Of a stretch of DNA of 64,000 nt, positions 1 to 9,241 are shown one piece after another. Both the position numbers and the translations under genes were made by a program. Each line of letters starts with the position of its first letter. Position 1 is the stretch's first letter. Below the pieces are notes generated by a model, which worked only from the letters and a program-made list of their open reading frames with translations, made no database searches and was not told where the DNA came from. Origin of the DNA: Candidatus Terrybacteria bacterium RIFCSPHIGHO2_01_FULL_48_17 (GTDB taxonomy: Bacteria > Patescibacteriota > Minisyncoccia > Terrybacterales > 2-01-FULL-58-14); NCBI GenBank assembly GCA_001822835.1, contig MHSS01000004.1, forward strand, positions 7,186 to 71,185, given 5' to 3'.

Positions 1-103
1 GCCTTGATCTTGTGCTTACGCTGGACGAAATTACATCTTTCGAAAACGCCTCCCAATGGGAGGCGCCACTATTTCCTTCCTTCCGAGCCTTGTTGCCTGT
101 ACC

Positions 104-1615
104 CTATCGTACATAGTACTTCGCCTTAATCTCCGCTTCTTCCTCTTCAAGCACCGCCCTGTATTTTTCTTGGGCTTTTCGTCGAAGCTCGCTAAGCTCC
201 TCATCCGAAAATTTGTTAAGCTCCTGCATCTTATTAATTAGGTATTCTTTTGTGTTACGGCTAGGGTCATCCAACACCTCCTCAAATAATGCATCGATAA
301 TCGCTCCGACACGCGGCCCCGGCTTAATATCGAGAATCTCCATAACTTCGTCGCCGTTTATTGCCATCTGCTTGCGTGAGGTCGGCTCGGTCTGCACCTT
401 CTCAACCAAAAACATAAAGTAGCGTAGGCGGTACGGCCGGGCCTTGGGAACGCCCGATCCTATCCGATCCGCCTCTCGCACTTGCAATAACTCAGTGATA
501 TTTTCCTGCCCCGCACGCGCAACCAGGCGTCGAACACCAGCGGGCGTTACTTTGTCTGGATCGGATTGAAACATGTGATTGCGCACCAAAAGCGCTACCT
601 TCTCTATATCGTCTTTTGAAAAACGCAAGCGCGTAAGCATTTGGGCAGCCATGTTGCCTCCCACTGCTTCATGTCCGTAAAACGTAGAGTCGGGTCCGTC
701 GCCTTGTTTGGTACGCGGTTTGCCCACATCGTGCAAAAGCGAGGCAAGTCGTGCGTGGAACGAATACTTTTGTTCGGCGGCGTATTTGAGTGCCAACACA
801 TTGTGTTCCCACACGGTATAAATGTGGTGGCGGTTTTGCCCCACCCCAAAACCTTCCCCCAGTTCCGGCAATATGTAACGCAAAAGCTCTTGCTTGCGCA
901 AAAGCTCAATTCCCCTATCGGCATGGTCGGTCATGATAATTTTTTTGAGCTCGTCAGCAATACGCTCTTTCGCAATCATCTCCAAAAGACCCGCGTGCTC
1001 ACGTACTGCGGCTTGGGTCCTTTCCTCGATGTCAAACCCAAGGTCTGTGGCAAACCGTACTGCTCGCATGAGCCGCAGGGCATCTTCGGAAAAGCGCTTG
1101 TTTGGCTCTCCCACGGCACGAATCACCTTGTCCTCAAGATCTTTTGCGCCGGCGAACGGATCAACTAAACGGGTACCATCGTGCGCCATTGCGTTTATGG
1201 TAAAGTCCCGGCGGGCAAGATCCTCTTCAATGTTTTTGGCAAATTCAATTCGATCCGGATGCCGTTTGTCAGAATATCCCAGATCGCTGCGAAACGTGGT
1301 AACTTCGATGACGGCAACCCCCGGATCTTTTGATCCGGTTTTCACGCCAACGGTCCCAAACTGATTCTCGTAAAAAGAATCGGGGAAAAGTTTTTGAATC
1401 TCCTCCGGAGAAGCGCTGGTGGTGACATCCCAGTCCTTGGGTGGGCGACCAAGCATTGCATCGCGTAGACACCCTCCAACCACAAACGCTTCAAAGCCGG
1501 CATCTCCCAGCTTTCCAAGTATCTGGTGCGCTTCCTCCGGAAATTTGATATTCTCCTCTTTCATAGCGTCTTGAGATTCTCGCCGCAGTGCTTCGTTGTT
1601 GTGAGTTTCTCCCAT
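104..1615 (-). CDS. cca: CCA-adding tRNA nucleotidyltransferase (Pol-beta NTase head + HD domain)
   Basis: Protein has GGCLRD NTase motif, RxxRFATDLGF and C-terminal HD-like LHDVGK; 503 aa typical of bacterial CCA enzymes. Confidence 0.85.
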   Translation of the reverse strand: MGETHNNEALRRESQDAMKEENIKFPEEAHQILGKLGDAGFEAFVVGGCLRDAMLGRPPKDWDVTTSASPEEIQKLFPDSFYENQFGTVGVKTGSKDPGVAVIEVTTFRSDLGYSDKRHPDRIEFAKNIEEDLARRDFTINAMAHDGTRLVDPFAGAKDLEDKVIRAVGEPNKRFSEDALRLMRAVRFATDLGFDIEERTQAAVREHAGLLEMIAKERIADELKKIIMTDHADRGIELLRKQELLRYILPELGEGFGVGQNRHHIYTVWEHNVLALKYAAEQKYSFHARLASLLHDVGKPRTKQGDGPDSTFYGHEAVGGNMAAQMLTRLRFSKDDIEKVALLVRNHMFQSDPDKVTPAGVRRLVARAGQENITELLQVREADRIGSGVPKARPYRLRYFMFLVEKVQTEPTSRKQMAINGDEVMEILDIKPGPRVGAIIDALFEEVLDDPSRNTKEYLINKMQELNKFSDEELSELRRKAQEKYRAVLEEEEAEIKAKYYVR

Positions 1616-1670
1616 AATATTATCGCACGAATGCCTCTTTCTTTTATACTACTTTTCCTATAATGTAAAC

Positions 1671-2624
1671 GTGATGTATAGGGAAGGAGCGCTTCTTGAG
1701 CGCGCGCCAGAACACCCACAAGAAGAAACCGATTCGAGAATGATCGAACGGCGTTTCAGAGAATTGCCTTCGGAGGGAGTGGAGCTTTTGGCAACCAACC
1801 TTGCGCGACCGGATGGATTTGCAAAAACGCTTATTTTGGGGAGCATTTTGACTTCTGAAGAATTGCGTTTGCGTTTTGGCGCCGACTTTGTGAAAACACA
1901 TCGGGGATTTTATAGGGAGCACCCGAGCGCGCGACAGAACCAAGGGGGATTCGACTACAACACTTACATTTCGCTTGCTGGGGGCTTGCCCCAACGCGCC
2001 TATCAAGAAAGCTATCCGAATCGGTGGACAGATCCCGCGTGGCGCAAAGGCCTTGGTTTTATTACGCAGGCGGAAAAGCTCTTGGCACAAGAAAACGCCA
2101 AGCCGTCGTGGGGTATACCGGCGCTAAACGAGGCGATTGATGCTATTTCAAATACTGCGCGTTTTGAGCAACGCTTCCAAAGATATACGAACCGCACCCC
2201 ACACGAATACCAACAATTACTTGAACAGCCGACCAAAGATGACTTTCTCGACCAGCTGCACATTGCGCGCAAGGCAGAGTTTCTTACGGAACACGGCGAC
2301 CAAGCAGAAGTTAATATCGTGCCCACAGAAGGAATACTCCCGCGTTTACCGCTTGACCAAACCGTTATCCTCGTTCCGGAAAAAAGCGAAGAAGCGCTTC
2401 GGCGATATTTGCAAAGGAAGATCGGCGAGCTCAAGCCATTTGCAGAGGAGCTTAAGAATAGCTACGGAGTAGATATCGCCGAACTTACTCCGGAAGTTAT
2501 CCTTAGCCGTTATCCGAATATTTATTGGTATCCGCAGGATAATATCGGATTGGCCGTAGAATATTTAAGTGCACACAAAGAAAAGCTTGACGAATTGCTA
2601 CCCGAACAAAACTTGCGCCCGTAG
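1671..2624 (+). CDS. hypothetical protein; start 10 nt after a TATAAT (1659-1664), likely leaderless; stop overlaps tRNA-Arg 5' end
   Basis: 317-aa ORF with no recognisable motif; -10 hexamer immediately upstream. Confidence 0.5.
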   Translation: MMYREGALLERAPEHPQEETDSRMIERRFRELPSEGVELLATNLARPDGFAKTLILGSILTSEELRLRFGADFVKTHRGFYREHPSARQNQGGFDYNTYISLAGGLPQRAYQESYPNRWTDPAWRKGLGFITQAEKLLAQENAKPSWGIPALNEAIDAISNTARFEQRFQRYTNRTPHEYQQLLEQPTKDDFLDQLHIARKAEFLTEHGDQAEVNIVPTEGILPRLPLDQTVILVPEKSEEALRRYLQRKIGELKPFAEELKNSYGVDIAELTPEVILSRYPNIYWYPQDNIGLAVEYLSAHKEKLDELLPEQNLRP

Positions 2625-2687
2625 CTCAACGGACAGAGCGCCTGGCTTCGGACCAGGAGGTTGAGGGTTCGAATCCTTCCGGGCGCG
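2615..2687 (+). tRNA. tRNA-Arg (anticodon TCG), no encoded CCA
   Basis: Manual cloverleaf: acceptor GCGCCCG/CGGGCGC, anticodon stem CCTGG/CCAGG with loop CTTCGGA, T-loop GGGTTCGAATCC. Confidence 0.8.
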
Positions 2688-2696
2688 CAAATATAG

Positions 2697-2722
2697 ACGC
2701 CGCGGCATTGCCGCGGCGCTTC
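2697..2722. terminator. GC-rich hairpin (CGCCGCGGC ATT GCCGCGGCG) between tRNA-Arg and the convergent permease gene
   Basis: Near-perfect palindrome read in the sequence; weak T-tract. Confidence 0.4.
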
Positions 2723-2763
2723 TGTGTCCTTATCCCCTATCCCCTTATAACTTACCCTGCTTC

Positions 2764-3537
2764 TTACGCTCTTCTCCACGCAAGCGACAAGGCAAACAGC
2801 CCAACGCTTACTAAAATAATTGGGGGTCCGGGAGGAATCGAAAAGTAAGATCCCAACACAAGGCCCGTGATTGTCGCAATAACGGCAATCCCGGCGCTTA
2901 AGACAAGGAAGCTGCGAAGAGAAGAGCTCATATTTTGCGCAGTAGCCGCGGGAACGATAATTAAGGCACCCATCAACAACGTTCCTGCAAAACGGTAACC
3001 CAAAAGCACTCCTGCGGCAAACGCTAAAAGAAAGAGAAGCTCTGCAACATCTGTTTTTATTTTTGCGGAAGCGGCAAGCTCCGGCGAGACAACCGATAAC
3101 ACCAGACGCCGGGTTGCAAAAACCATAAGAATAATGAGGAGCAGTGCTGCAATAATGGCAACCACCGCCGCAAAGGGCGGAAGCGTTTCAATGCCTCCAA
3201 AAAGGGTCTCGAGCACCTCCTCTTCATGCCCGGCAAAAAGCAACGCGCCGACGGCAAGAGCTGAAACAAAAAATACTCCAATAACCGTTTCTTCGGGAAG
3301 TTTCGTCCGGGTACGTACAGCCCAAATAGCGTATGCCGCGCCGAACAAAAAAAGAGCCGCCCCCAAAGATGGAGAAAACGAAAAAGTTAGCGCAAGCGCA
3401 ACACCAGGAAATGCTACGTGCGACAACACATCCCCTGCAAGCGCCATGCGTTTCATAACGGCAAATACCCCCAAAACCCCGGCCGCTGCCGCAATAGCAG
3501 CGCCTGCCATAAAGGTAAGGATAAGATCAAAATCCAT
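2764..3537 (-). CDS. znuB: ABC-3 family metal (Zn/Mn) transporter permease
   Basis: 257-aa polytopic membrane protein with the ZnuB/MntB-like helix pattern; immediately downstream of the cognate ATPase. Confidence 0.75.
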   Translation of the reverse strand: MDFDLILTFMAGAAIAAAAGVLGVFAVMKRMALAGDVLSHVAFPGVALALTFSFSPSLGAALFLFGAAYAIWAVRTRTKLPEETVIGVFFVSALAVGALLFAGHEEEVLETLFGGIETLPPFAAVVAIIAALLLIILMVFATRRLVLSVVSPELAASAKIKTDVAELLFLLAFAAGVLLGYRFAGTLLMGALIIVPAATAQNMSSSLRSFLVLSAGIAVIATITGLVLGSYFSIPPGPPIILVSVGLFALSLAWRRA

Positions 3538-3543
3538 ATGCTA

Positions 3544-4254
3544 TTAATGTTGGTGCTCGTGATGTAAGTGTTGGTAAAAGCCGCGCTCGCCGCCGTACAC
3601 TTTTTGTAACACCTCTGGCGTTAACGCATCATGAATGCTGCCGTAACATACTTGGCTGCGGTTTACGCATACCACATGTGCGGCGTAACGGTATACGACA
3701 TTAAGGTCATGAGAAATCAACAAAATAGTGAGGTTGTGCTGTTTTTTGAGGCGTTCCAGCATTCGATAAATCTCTTCTGCTCCCGGCATGTCAACAGAGG
3801 TAGTTGCTTCATCAATCAACAATACGTCGGGGCTGCCCACCAAAGCCCAGGCAATTAATACGCGCTGCAATTGTCCTCCGGAGAGCACCCCGAGTTTTTT
3901 GTTCAAAATGTCGGCCTTTAACTCCACATCCTCAAGAACCTTGGCAAGATCCCTTGGACGTTCTCCGGTTTTGAACGAAAAAAATTCCTCCACCGTAAGC
4001 GGGAGATCTCGTTCTACACCAAAACGCTGGGGAACATATCCCAGCTTTATGTGTTTTGCCCACTCAATGCTTCCGGCATACGGTAATAGTCCAAGGAGCG
4101 TACGGAAGAGAACGGTTTTCCCCGCACCATTAGGACCAAGAATCGCAACAATATCACCGCGGTGTACGGCAAACGAGAGCTTGTCCAACACCACGTCATT
4201 GCCAAATGCAACCTGCAGATTTTTGACCTCAAGGACTACTTCTCCTTGTTCCAT
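3544..4254 (-). CDS. znuC: metal ABC transporter ATP-binding protein with His-rich C-terminus
   Basis: Walker A GPNGAGKT, ABC signature LSGGQLQR, Walker B LLIDE, C-terminal HLHHEHQH. Confidence 0.85.
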   Translation of the reverse strand: MEQGEVVLEVKNLQVAFGNDVVLDKLSFAVHRGDIVAILGPNGAGKTVLFRTLLGLLPYAGSIEWAKHIKLGYVPQRFGVERDLPLTVEEFFSFKTGERPRDLAKVLEDVELKADILNKKLGVLSGGQLQRVLIAWALVGSPDVLLIDEATTSVDMPGAEEIYRMLERLKKQHNLTILLISHDLNVVYRYAAHVVCVNRSQVCYGSIHDALTPEVLQKVYGGERGFYQHLHHEHQH

Positions 4255-4263
4255 AAAATCAGT

Positions 4264-4290
4264 ATACAGGGTACAGGGTACAGGGTACAG
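4264..4290. repeat. tandem heptamer (GGGTACA) x3.7 in the znuC 5' leader
   Basis: tacagggtacagggtacagggtacag read directly. Confidence 0.9.
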
Positions 4291-4310
4291 CGTTGGAACG
4301 CAGTATATAA

Positions 4311-4340
4311 AGGTGAAGGCCCCGACCGTTTGGTCGGGGC
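4311..4340. terminator. strong stem-loop GGCCCCGACC-GTTT-GGTCGGGGCC, likely terminator of the minus-strand two-gene module
   Basis: 10-bp perfect GC-rich stem read in the sequence. Confidence 0.6.
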
Positions 4341-4354
4341 CCTCTATTTAGTTA

Positions 4355-4686
4355 TTAGGCCGTTGGCTTCTGCTTGCCGAGGCGCTCGCCCGTCTGGTGG
4401 AGCACGCAGGCGAGAATCGGCAGCGTGCTGACCTCCCGCGCGCCCTTGTGAGGCACAAAGGAGAAGGGCAGCAGAACGTCAACCAGCACTTCGTCGTCCG
4501 GATACGTGTCACGGACAACGACGATCTTGCCGTCCCGCTTCTCCTTTTGGGGGATGACCACGACGGCCTTGCCGTGGTAATCGCGGAGAGGATACGCTGG
4601 GTCGCGTCCGGCAGCCAGACCCTCCGCAGACATCCGCACTTCGCAGACGTCACCGGCGCGGAACGTTGGGCCGAGGTTGGACATGT
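4355..4686 (-). CDS. hypothetical protein (about 110 aa from MSNLGPTF...), second gene of a GC-rich two-gene module
   Basis: Internal Met of track ORF 4355..4813 lies just after the stop of the upstream gene; GC content clearly above flanks. Confidence 0.4.
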
Positions 4687-4689
4687 GCT

Positions 4690-5079
4690 TCACGCCGATC
4701 CCTCCTTCTCGATGTCGATCTCTGCCCCGCACTCGGGACAGGCAATGGGGACATCGCTCTCCGGCGTCCACTCTCCGGCAGCGCACCCGCTTTTGCGGTT
4801 CGCGCACCGCCACCGGGTTAGGGAGCCCCTGCCCTGCCGAACCTTGCCGACGTTGAACTCCGTCGGGAGATGGGCAGTAATGCTCCTCTCCTCCGGCGTG
4901 TGCACGGTGATTTGCACCGCGTTCGCGCCAGCCACGATTGAGGTGACCACCCCATCGACCCTTCGATCCGGAAGCGGCTCCCGCTTCCGTTTCTGGGACT
5001 TGTCGTCCCAGACATGAGCTATGCGGCCGGTCTGGGTGAAATTCACCACGAAACCGACCTCGAGCTGTCCAGCCTTCAT
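4690..5079 (-). CDS. hypothetical protein with C-terminal zinc-ribbon (CxxC...CPEC)
   Basis: 129-aa ORF, GGAGG about 8 nt upstream of ATG, consensus promoter upstream. Confidence 0.5.
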   Translation of the reverse strand: MKAGQLEVGFVVNFTQTGRIAHVWDDKSQKRKREPLPDRRVDGVVTSIVAGANAVQITVHTPEERSITAHLPTEFNVGKVRQGRGSLTRWRCANRKSGCAAGEWTPESDVPIACPECGAEIDIEKEGSA

Positions 5080-5126
5080 CGGATTCCTCCTTTCCTTTAC
5101 GGCTGGTCTGGTAATGTACCTTCTTA

Positions 5127-5155
5127 ATTATAAACCCTTATACAAATATTGTCAA
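5127..5155 (-). promoter_or_regulatory. perfect sigma70 consensus promoter TTGACA-17-TATAAT driving the 5079..4355 module
   Basis: minus-strand reading: TTGACAatatttgtataagggttTATAAT, then GGAGG, then ATG at 5079. Confidence 0.65.
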
Positions 5156-5263
5156 GGTTTGCTGATTTCCCAAAAATACAGTATTTTAAAAGACGGAGCG
5201 CCCCGAACCAGAGCGAAGCACGATTCGGGGCAGCCCTGAACCGAACTTTGTTCTGGTTCATGG

Positions 5264-5336
5264 GCGCCCATAGCTCAATTGGCAGAGCAGCTCCCTCTTA
5301 AGGAGACGGTTTCAGGTTCGACTCCTGATGGGCGCA
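5264..5336 (+). tRNA. tRNA-Lys (anticodon CTT), no encoded CCA
   Basis: acceptor GCGCCCA/TGGGCGC, anticodon loop CTCTTAA, T-arm TCAGGTTCGACTCCTGA. Confidence 0.8.
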
Positions 5337-5350
5337 CATCACTCGTTGCC

Positions 5351-5424
5351 GCCGCGGATTTTCACGCCTTCATTGAATATTTAGACAGCTGGTCCCCACT
5401 GCCAGCCCGATGAAAATCCGCGCC
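5351..5424. other. long-range inverted repeat GCCGCGGATTTTCA / TGAAAATCCGCGCC (46-nt loop) just 3' of tRNA-Lys
   Basis: 13/14 complementary arms read directly. Confidence 0.4.
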
Positions 5425-5483
5425 GGCAACTCACTTAAGAAAGACTTTTTATAGGGCAAGATGGCGGAATCCTCAAAAATTTC

Positions 5484-5669
5484 ATGATCAAAAAACGTAA
5501 AGGCAAATACGTGGTGGTGAGCGAAACTACGGGACGGAAATTTGGCTCGTACCCCACGCTCAAAGAGGCAAAACATCACCTCGCTCAAATTGAATATTTC
5601 AAGCGGCTGAAGCATTCGCCACGACCGCAAAAGCAGCTTCGCAAAAAAGGCCTCGTCAAAAAGAAGTAG
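5484..5669 (+). CDS. small basic protein (61 aa), possibly DUF2188-like
   Basis: ORF followed immediately by hairpin GCCCCGAGA-TTC-TCGGGGCG; motif KYVVVSETTGRKFGSYPT..EA. Confidence 0.5.
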   Translation: MIKKRKGKYVVVSETTGRKFGSYPTLKEAKHHLAQIEYFKRLKHSPRPQKQLRKKGLVKKK

Positions 5670-5695
5670 CGCCCCGAGATTCTCGGGGCGTCGGC
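5670..5695 (+). terminator. intrinsic terminator hairpin GCCCCGAGATTCTCGGGGCG
   Basis: perfect 8-bp GC stem directly after the stop codon. Confidence 0.6.
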
Positions 5696-6123
5696 TTACT
5701 TTGCCTCTGAATCTAGGAACGATTTTACCATCTTTTTGAAAAAATCCATTACTGCCTGCTGTTCTGGCAAAAGTTCGCGAAGGCGGTCTATGCTATAAGG
5801 AACGCGGCTCTGTGCCAGAAGATCAATAGGATCGGCGTAATACCTGTCGTGAAATGCGCGAAAGTTTTCCCACTCTTCCAGCACCAAAGACCCTGGCGCG
5901 GCGCGGTAGAGCACGTGACCGCTTGAGAAAAAAATAGCTCCCGCCCATCGCCATAGGAAAAACGGGCAACGATAGAAGCGCCAGCAGGCAGCCCCTTTCT
6001 CTTGATTGCCTCGATGCGCGCCCACTCTTCGTATCTCTCCAGTTGCTCATTATGTATCCGTTGGCTCGGCGTGAGATCAACGCCGGGGTAGGATAAAATT
6101 TTTGCCGCTGTCTTGTCTGGCAT
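5696..6123 (-). pseudogene. hypothetical gene split by a +/-1 frameshift in an A7/T7 homopolymer (5928-5934); fused product about 143 aa
   Basis: Track ORFs 5788..6123 and 5696..6025 are consecutive frames that meet at the T7 run (RELFF | SSGHVLYR). Confidence 0.5.
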
Positions 6124-6222
6124 TTCTCGCCTCTTTTATTTTGTCTTTTTCTTAATACCACGCTGATCCTTTTTTGTCAAAATCTTGCGCGGCAGGGTTG
6201 GTAGACGTAGAATACTAGAGGA

Positions 6223-6870
6223 ATGCGCCCGCTCGGAAAAACCCCAACCCGATGGTCTCCAAAAGTCGCCTACGCCATTGGACTCATTGCAACCGATGGT
6301 TGTCTCTCCAAAGACGGCCGGCATATAGATTTTACTTCGAAAGATAGGGAGCTCGTCGAAACATTCAAACGCTGTCTTGGCGTTACGGCGAAAACCGGCC
6401 GCAAAACAAGTGGCTATAATGGGAAAAAGTATTTCCGTGTACAATTCGGAGATGTATTGTTCTATAAATGGCTGCTGGAAATCGGGCTTATGGCTAAAAA
6501 GTCTACCGTCCTAGAATCGCTTAAGGTACCAGAAAAGTATTTTCCTGATTTTCTCCGAGGAAATTTCGACGGCGATGGAACAATATACGCTTACTGGGAT
6601 TCTCGATGGCGTAGTAGCTACATGTTTTATATAGCCTTTGCGTCAGCAAGCTTACCGTATCTTGAATGGCTGCGCGCATTAACCAAACGACTGATCGGCA
6701 TAAAGGGACGTATTATACCAATGTCGGGCGTATGGGGGCTTCGCTTTGCGAAGCAGGAATCATTGCAATTAATAAGAGTGATGTATTATACTGGCGAGGT
6801 TCCGCATCTTTTAAGAAAGCGCCGAAAGATAGAAAGAATCCTTACAACAAACGGCGTACGTAGCCGATAA
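6223..6870 (+). CDS. free-standing LAGLIDADG homing endonuclease (two-motif type)
   Basis: Motifs AYAIGLIATDGCL and FLRGNFDGDGTIYA about 100 aa apart; lies between tRNA-Lys and tRNA-Leu. Confidence 0.8.
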   Translation: MRPLGKTPTRWSPKVAYAIGLIATDGCLSKDGRHIDFTSKDRELVETFKRCLGVTAKTGRKTSGYNGKKYFRVQFGDVLFYKWLLEIGLMAKKSTVLESLKVPEKYFPDFLRGNFDGDGTIYAYWDSRWRSSYMFYIAFASASLPYLEWLRALTKRLIGIKGRIIPMSGVWGLRFAKQESLQLIRVMYYTGEVPHLLRKRRKIERILTTNGVRSR

Positions 6871-6872
6871 AT

Positions 6873-6956
6873 GCGCGGGTGGCGGAATTGGTACACGCGC
6901 AGGCTTGAGGGGCCTGTGGGCGAAAGCCCTTGGAGGTTCGAGTCCTCTCCCGCGCA
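6873..6956 (+). tRNA. tRNA-Leu (anticodon GAG) with long variable arm, no encoded CCA
   Basis: GCGCGGG...TGGCGGAATTGGTA D-arm typical of Leu, anticodon loop TTGAGGG, variable arm TGGGCGAAAGCCCTTGG, acceptor CCCGCGC. Confidence 0.75.
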
Positions 6957-6963
6957 CATCAAC

Positions 6964-7031
6964 AAAAATCCAGCAGAAATGCGGGATTTTTAATTATTGA
7001 CATTTAATAAATAATAGGTTAAAATAAGAAG
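6964..7031 (+). promoter_or_regulatory. weak terminator hairpin followed by TTGACA-17-TAAAAT promoter for the surface-protein gene
   Basis: ATCCAGCA-GAAA-TGCGGGAT then TTTTT; ttgacatttaataaataataggttaaaat. Confidence 0.5.
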
Positions 7032-7033
7032 GT

Positions 7034-9235
7034 ATGATTTCGTGGATTTCGCGTGCATGCAAAAGCCATCCTAGCTTTTTTGAGCTTGGCCTACGGCTTG
7101 AGCTTGCCCAACACCATGTGCCGAATATAAAACTAAACCGAAAAAAGTTGCGCCGGGCAGCTGGTGCTGGCATGGTCGTATTTTCCATCATCACCATGAG
7201 CATGACGCCCTTTGCGGATCGCACGGCTTTTTCAGCACCCGAAGGATCATATACTGCAACGGGAGGGAGAAATGCCGACGACACACGAGTATGGAATTAC
7301 ACCATTTCAGAGGTTGGCAATGCAAAAGATATCAGCCACATCAGCATCAAGACATGTTTTACAACCGAAGAACTAAATGGCGGGGTTCTCATCGATACCG
7401 ATCCCGAAGATGCATCGGTCGGATATGATGGCTCAACCGGTTTTAACAACGTCATTAAATGGGACCGCAATTTTGAGGCACCCGCAACTGTATCTATCAC
7501 CCTCGACCAAGCTTATGGAATAGATCCAACAGGGACAACGGTGATCATTAAATACGGTCCCACCTATGTTGCGGTCGCCGTTCCCGGTCCCTCCTGCGGC
7601 CAAGCACCACCTCCCCCTCCGCCGCCACCGCCACCCGCAGAATGTCGTCTTGAAATAGAAAAATCGGTTGACAAAACGAGTGCCCTAGACGACGACATCC
7701 TTACGTATACCCTTGCCTTCCGCAACATAGGCACGCGAAACTGCACCGGCGGCGGCGTTAAGGTAAAAGATGTCGTCCACGACTATCTCGTTTTCCAAAA
7801 TTCAACGCATTCGGACAATATAAGTTCTGGCTACAACGGCCCGCCCTATAACAGCGGTTCACGAACACTCATGTGGAATGCGCATGAATTGACGCCAAAT
7901 GAATCGGGGTCTGCAGTATGGACCGCCAAAGTAAACCTTCCTGACTCCTGCGGCACATACGAGATTCCCAACAAAGGCAGCATTACCTCGCAAGAGTATA
8001 ATCATTTTGCAACCTGGGTTGAAAGCAACACGGTGGTTACATCGGTTACAAAAAACTGCCCTCCCCCTCCTCCCCAAAATGCAACGCTCACTATTACCAA
8101 AACCGTAGTGAATGATAACGGAGGCGATGCCCATATATCTGATTTCGCCCTTTTCATTAACGACACGCCAACAACCAGCGGAGCTTCGGTTGTATTGCCG
8201 GCTGGCACATATATTGCAAGCGAACAAAATCTTTTCGGCTACGAAGCAGGTCCCTGGGGCGGCGATTGTTCTACCAGTGGCACGGTAAGCCTTGAAGCCG
8301 GCGACAACAAAACCTGCACCATCACGAATGACGACATCCCATCACCGCCACCTCCCCCTCCGCCGCAATCTCCGCCCCCACCACAATCATCAACGGTCGC
8401 GCCTCGCCTTACGATCTTGAAAACCGTTTCCGATGCATTTACCACGCCGGGCTCAACGCTTACATACGAAATCGTTGTAACAAATGTTGGAAATGGTGCT
8501 GCAAACAACACCATGCTGCAAGATGTCCTCCCCGCCGATTTCGTTTACACAGATACGGGGCTTACCTCAAAAACCTGGAATTTGGGAGGATTGGCTGCGG
8601 GCGCCTCACGTAGCGTGATGTATTCCGTAAAGGTGGAGAGCGACGCGCAGGAGGGCCTTCATACAAATATCGCGACCGCATCTGCCTCAAACCACGGATC
8701 GGTTTCTGATGCCGCAGATGTTGATATACGAAATCCTGCCGTGTTGGGAGGAGAACCCGAGCTCACCATAGAAAAGACGGCAAACGTTTCATTCACAAAC
8801 CCTGGAGCAATAGTGATTTTTACCATTACCGTAAAAAATAGAGGAATCGGCGTCGCAGAAAACGTAATTGTACGCGACACCCTGCCTCCTGGATTTGTCG
8901 AGACGACTTCAAACGCTTCCACGGTCGAATGGCACCTGGGCGACCTTGCGGCAGAAGAAGAGCGAACAATAACATTTCAGGCGCGCGTTGCTCAAGACCT
9001 TATACCAGCAATCTATCGTAACGTGGCATCAGTAAAGGCGGATAATCACGGATCGATGAAAGATACCGCGGATGTTGAAATTCGAGCGGGGGACGTGCTT
9101 GGTTTTGCGGAACTACCCGCAACGGGAGGGAATCTTTTGGCAAGCCCTTTTATAAGAATTGGACTAACACTTCTTATAATGCTTTTGGGCATTGCCTTGC
9201 TCGTAGACGTAAAACGCCTTGGTTTTATGCGCTAA
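7034..9235 (+). CDS. LPXTG-anchored surface protein with DUF11-type repeats and poly-Pro linkers
   Basis: C-terminal ELPATGG + hydrophobic span + KRLGFMR; three PPPPP linkers; repeated TLTYxIxVxNxG modules. Confidence 0.8.
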   Translation: MISWISRACKSHPSFFELGLRLELAQHHVPNIKLNRKKLRRAAGAGMVVFSIITMSMTPFADRTAFSAPEGSYTATGGRNADDTRVWNYTISEVGNAKDISHISIKTCFTTEELNGGVLIDTDPEDASVGYDGSTGFNNVIKWDRNFEAPATVSITLDQAYGIDPTGTTVIIKYGPTYVAVAVPGPSCGQAPPPPPPPPPPAECRLEIEKSVDKTSALDDDILTYTLAFRNIGTRNCTGGGVKVKDVVHDYLVFQNSTHSDNISSGYNGPPYNSGSRTLMWNAHELTPNESGSAVWTAKVNLPDSCGTYEIPNKGSITSQEYNHFATWVESNTVVTSVTKNCPPPPPQNATLTITKTVVNDNGGDAHISDFALFINDTPTTSGASVVLPAGTYIASEQNLFGYEAGPWGGDCSTSGTVSLEAGDNKTCTITNDDIPSPPPPPPPQSPPPPQSSTVAPRLTILKTVSDAFTTPGSTLTYEIVVTNVGNGAANNTMLQDVLPADFVYTDTGLTSKTWNLGGLAAGASRSVMYSVKVESDAQEGLHTNIATASASNHGSVSDAADVDIRNPAVLGGEPELTIEKTANVSFTNPGAIVIFTITVKNRGIGVAENVIVRDTLPPGFVETTSNASTVEWHLGDLAAEEERTITFQARVAQDLIPAIYRNVASVKADNHGSMKDTADVEIRAGDVLGFAELPATGGNLLASPFIRIGLTLLIMLLGIALLVDVKRLGFMR

Positions 9236-9241
9236 CTACTT

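Noticed and set aside
7564-8514. Antisense ORFs rich in poly-Gly (for example 7564..7746, 8239..8514)
   Set aside because: They are the reverse-complement reading of the poly-Pro (CCN) linkers of the surface protein, so they are frame artefacts rather than genes.
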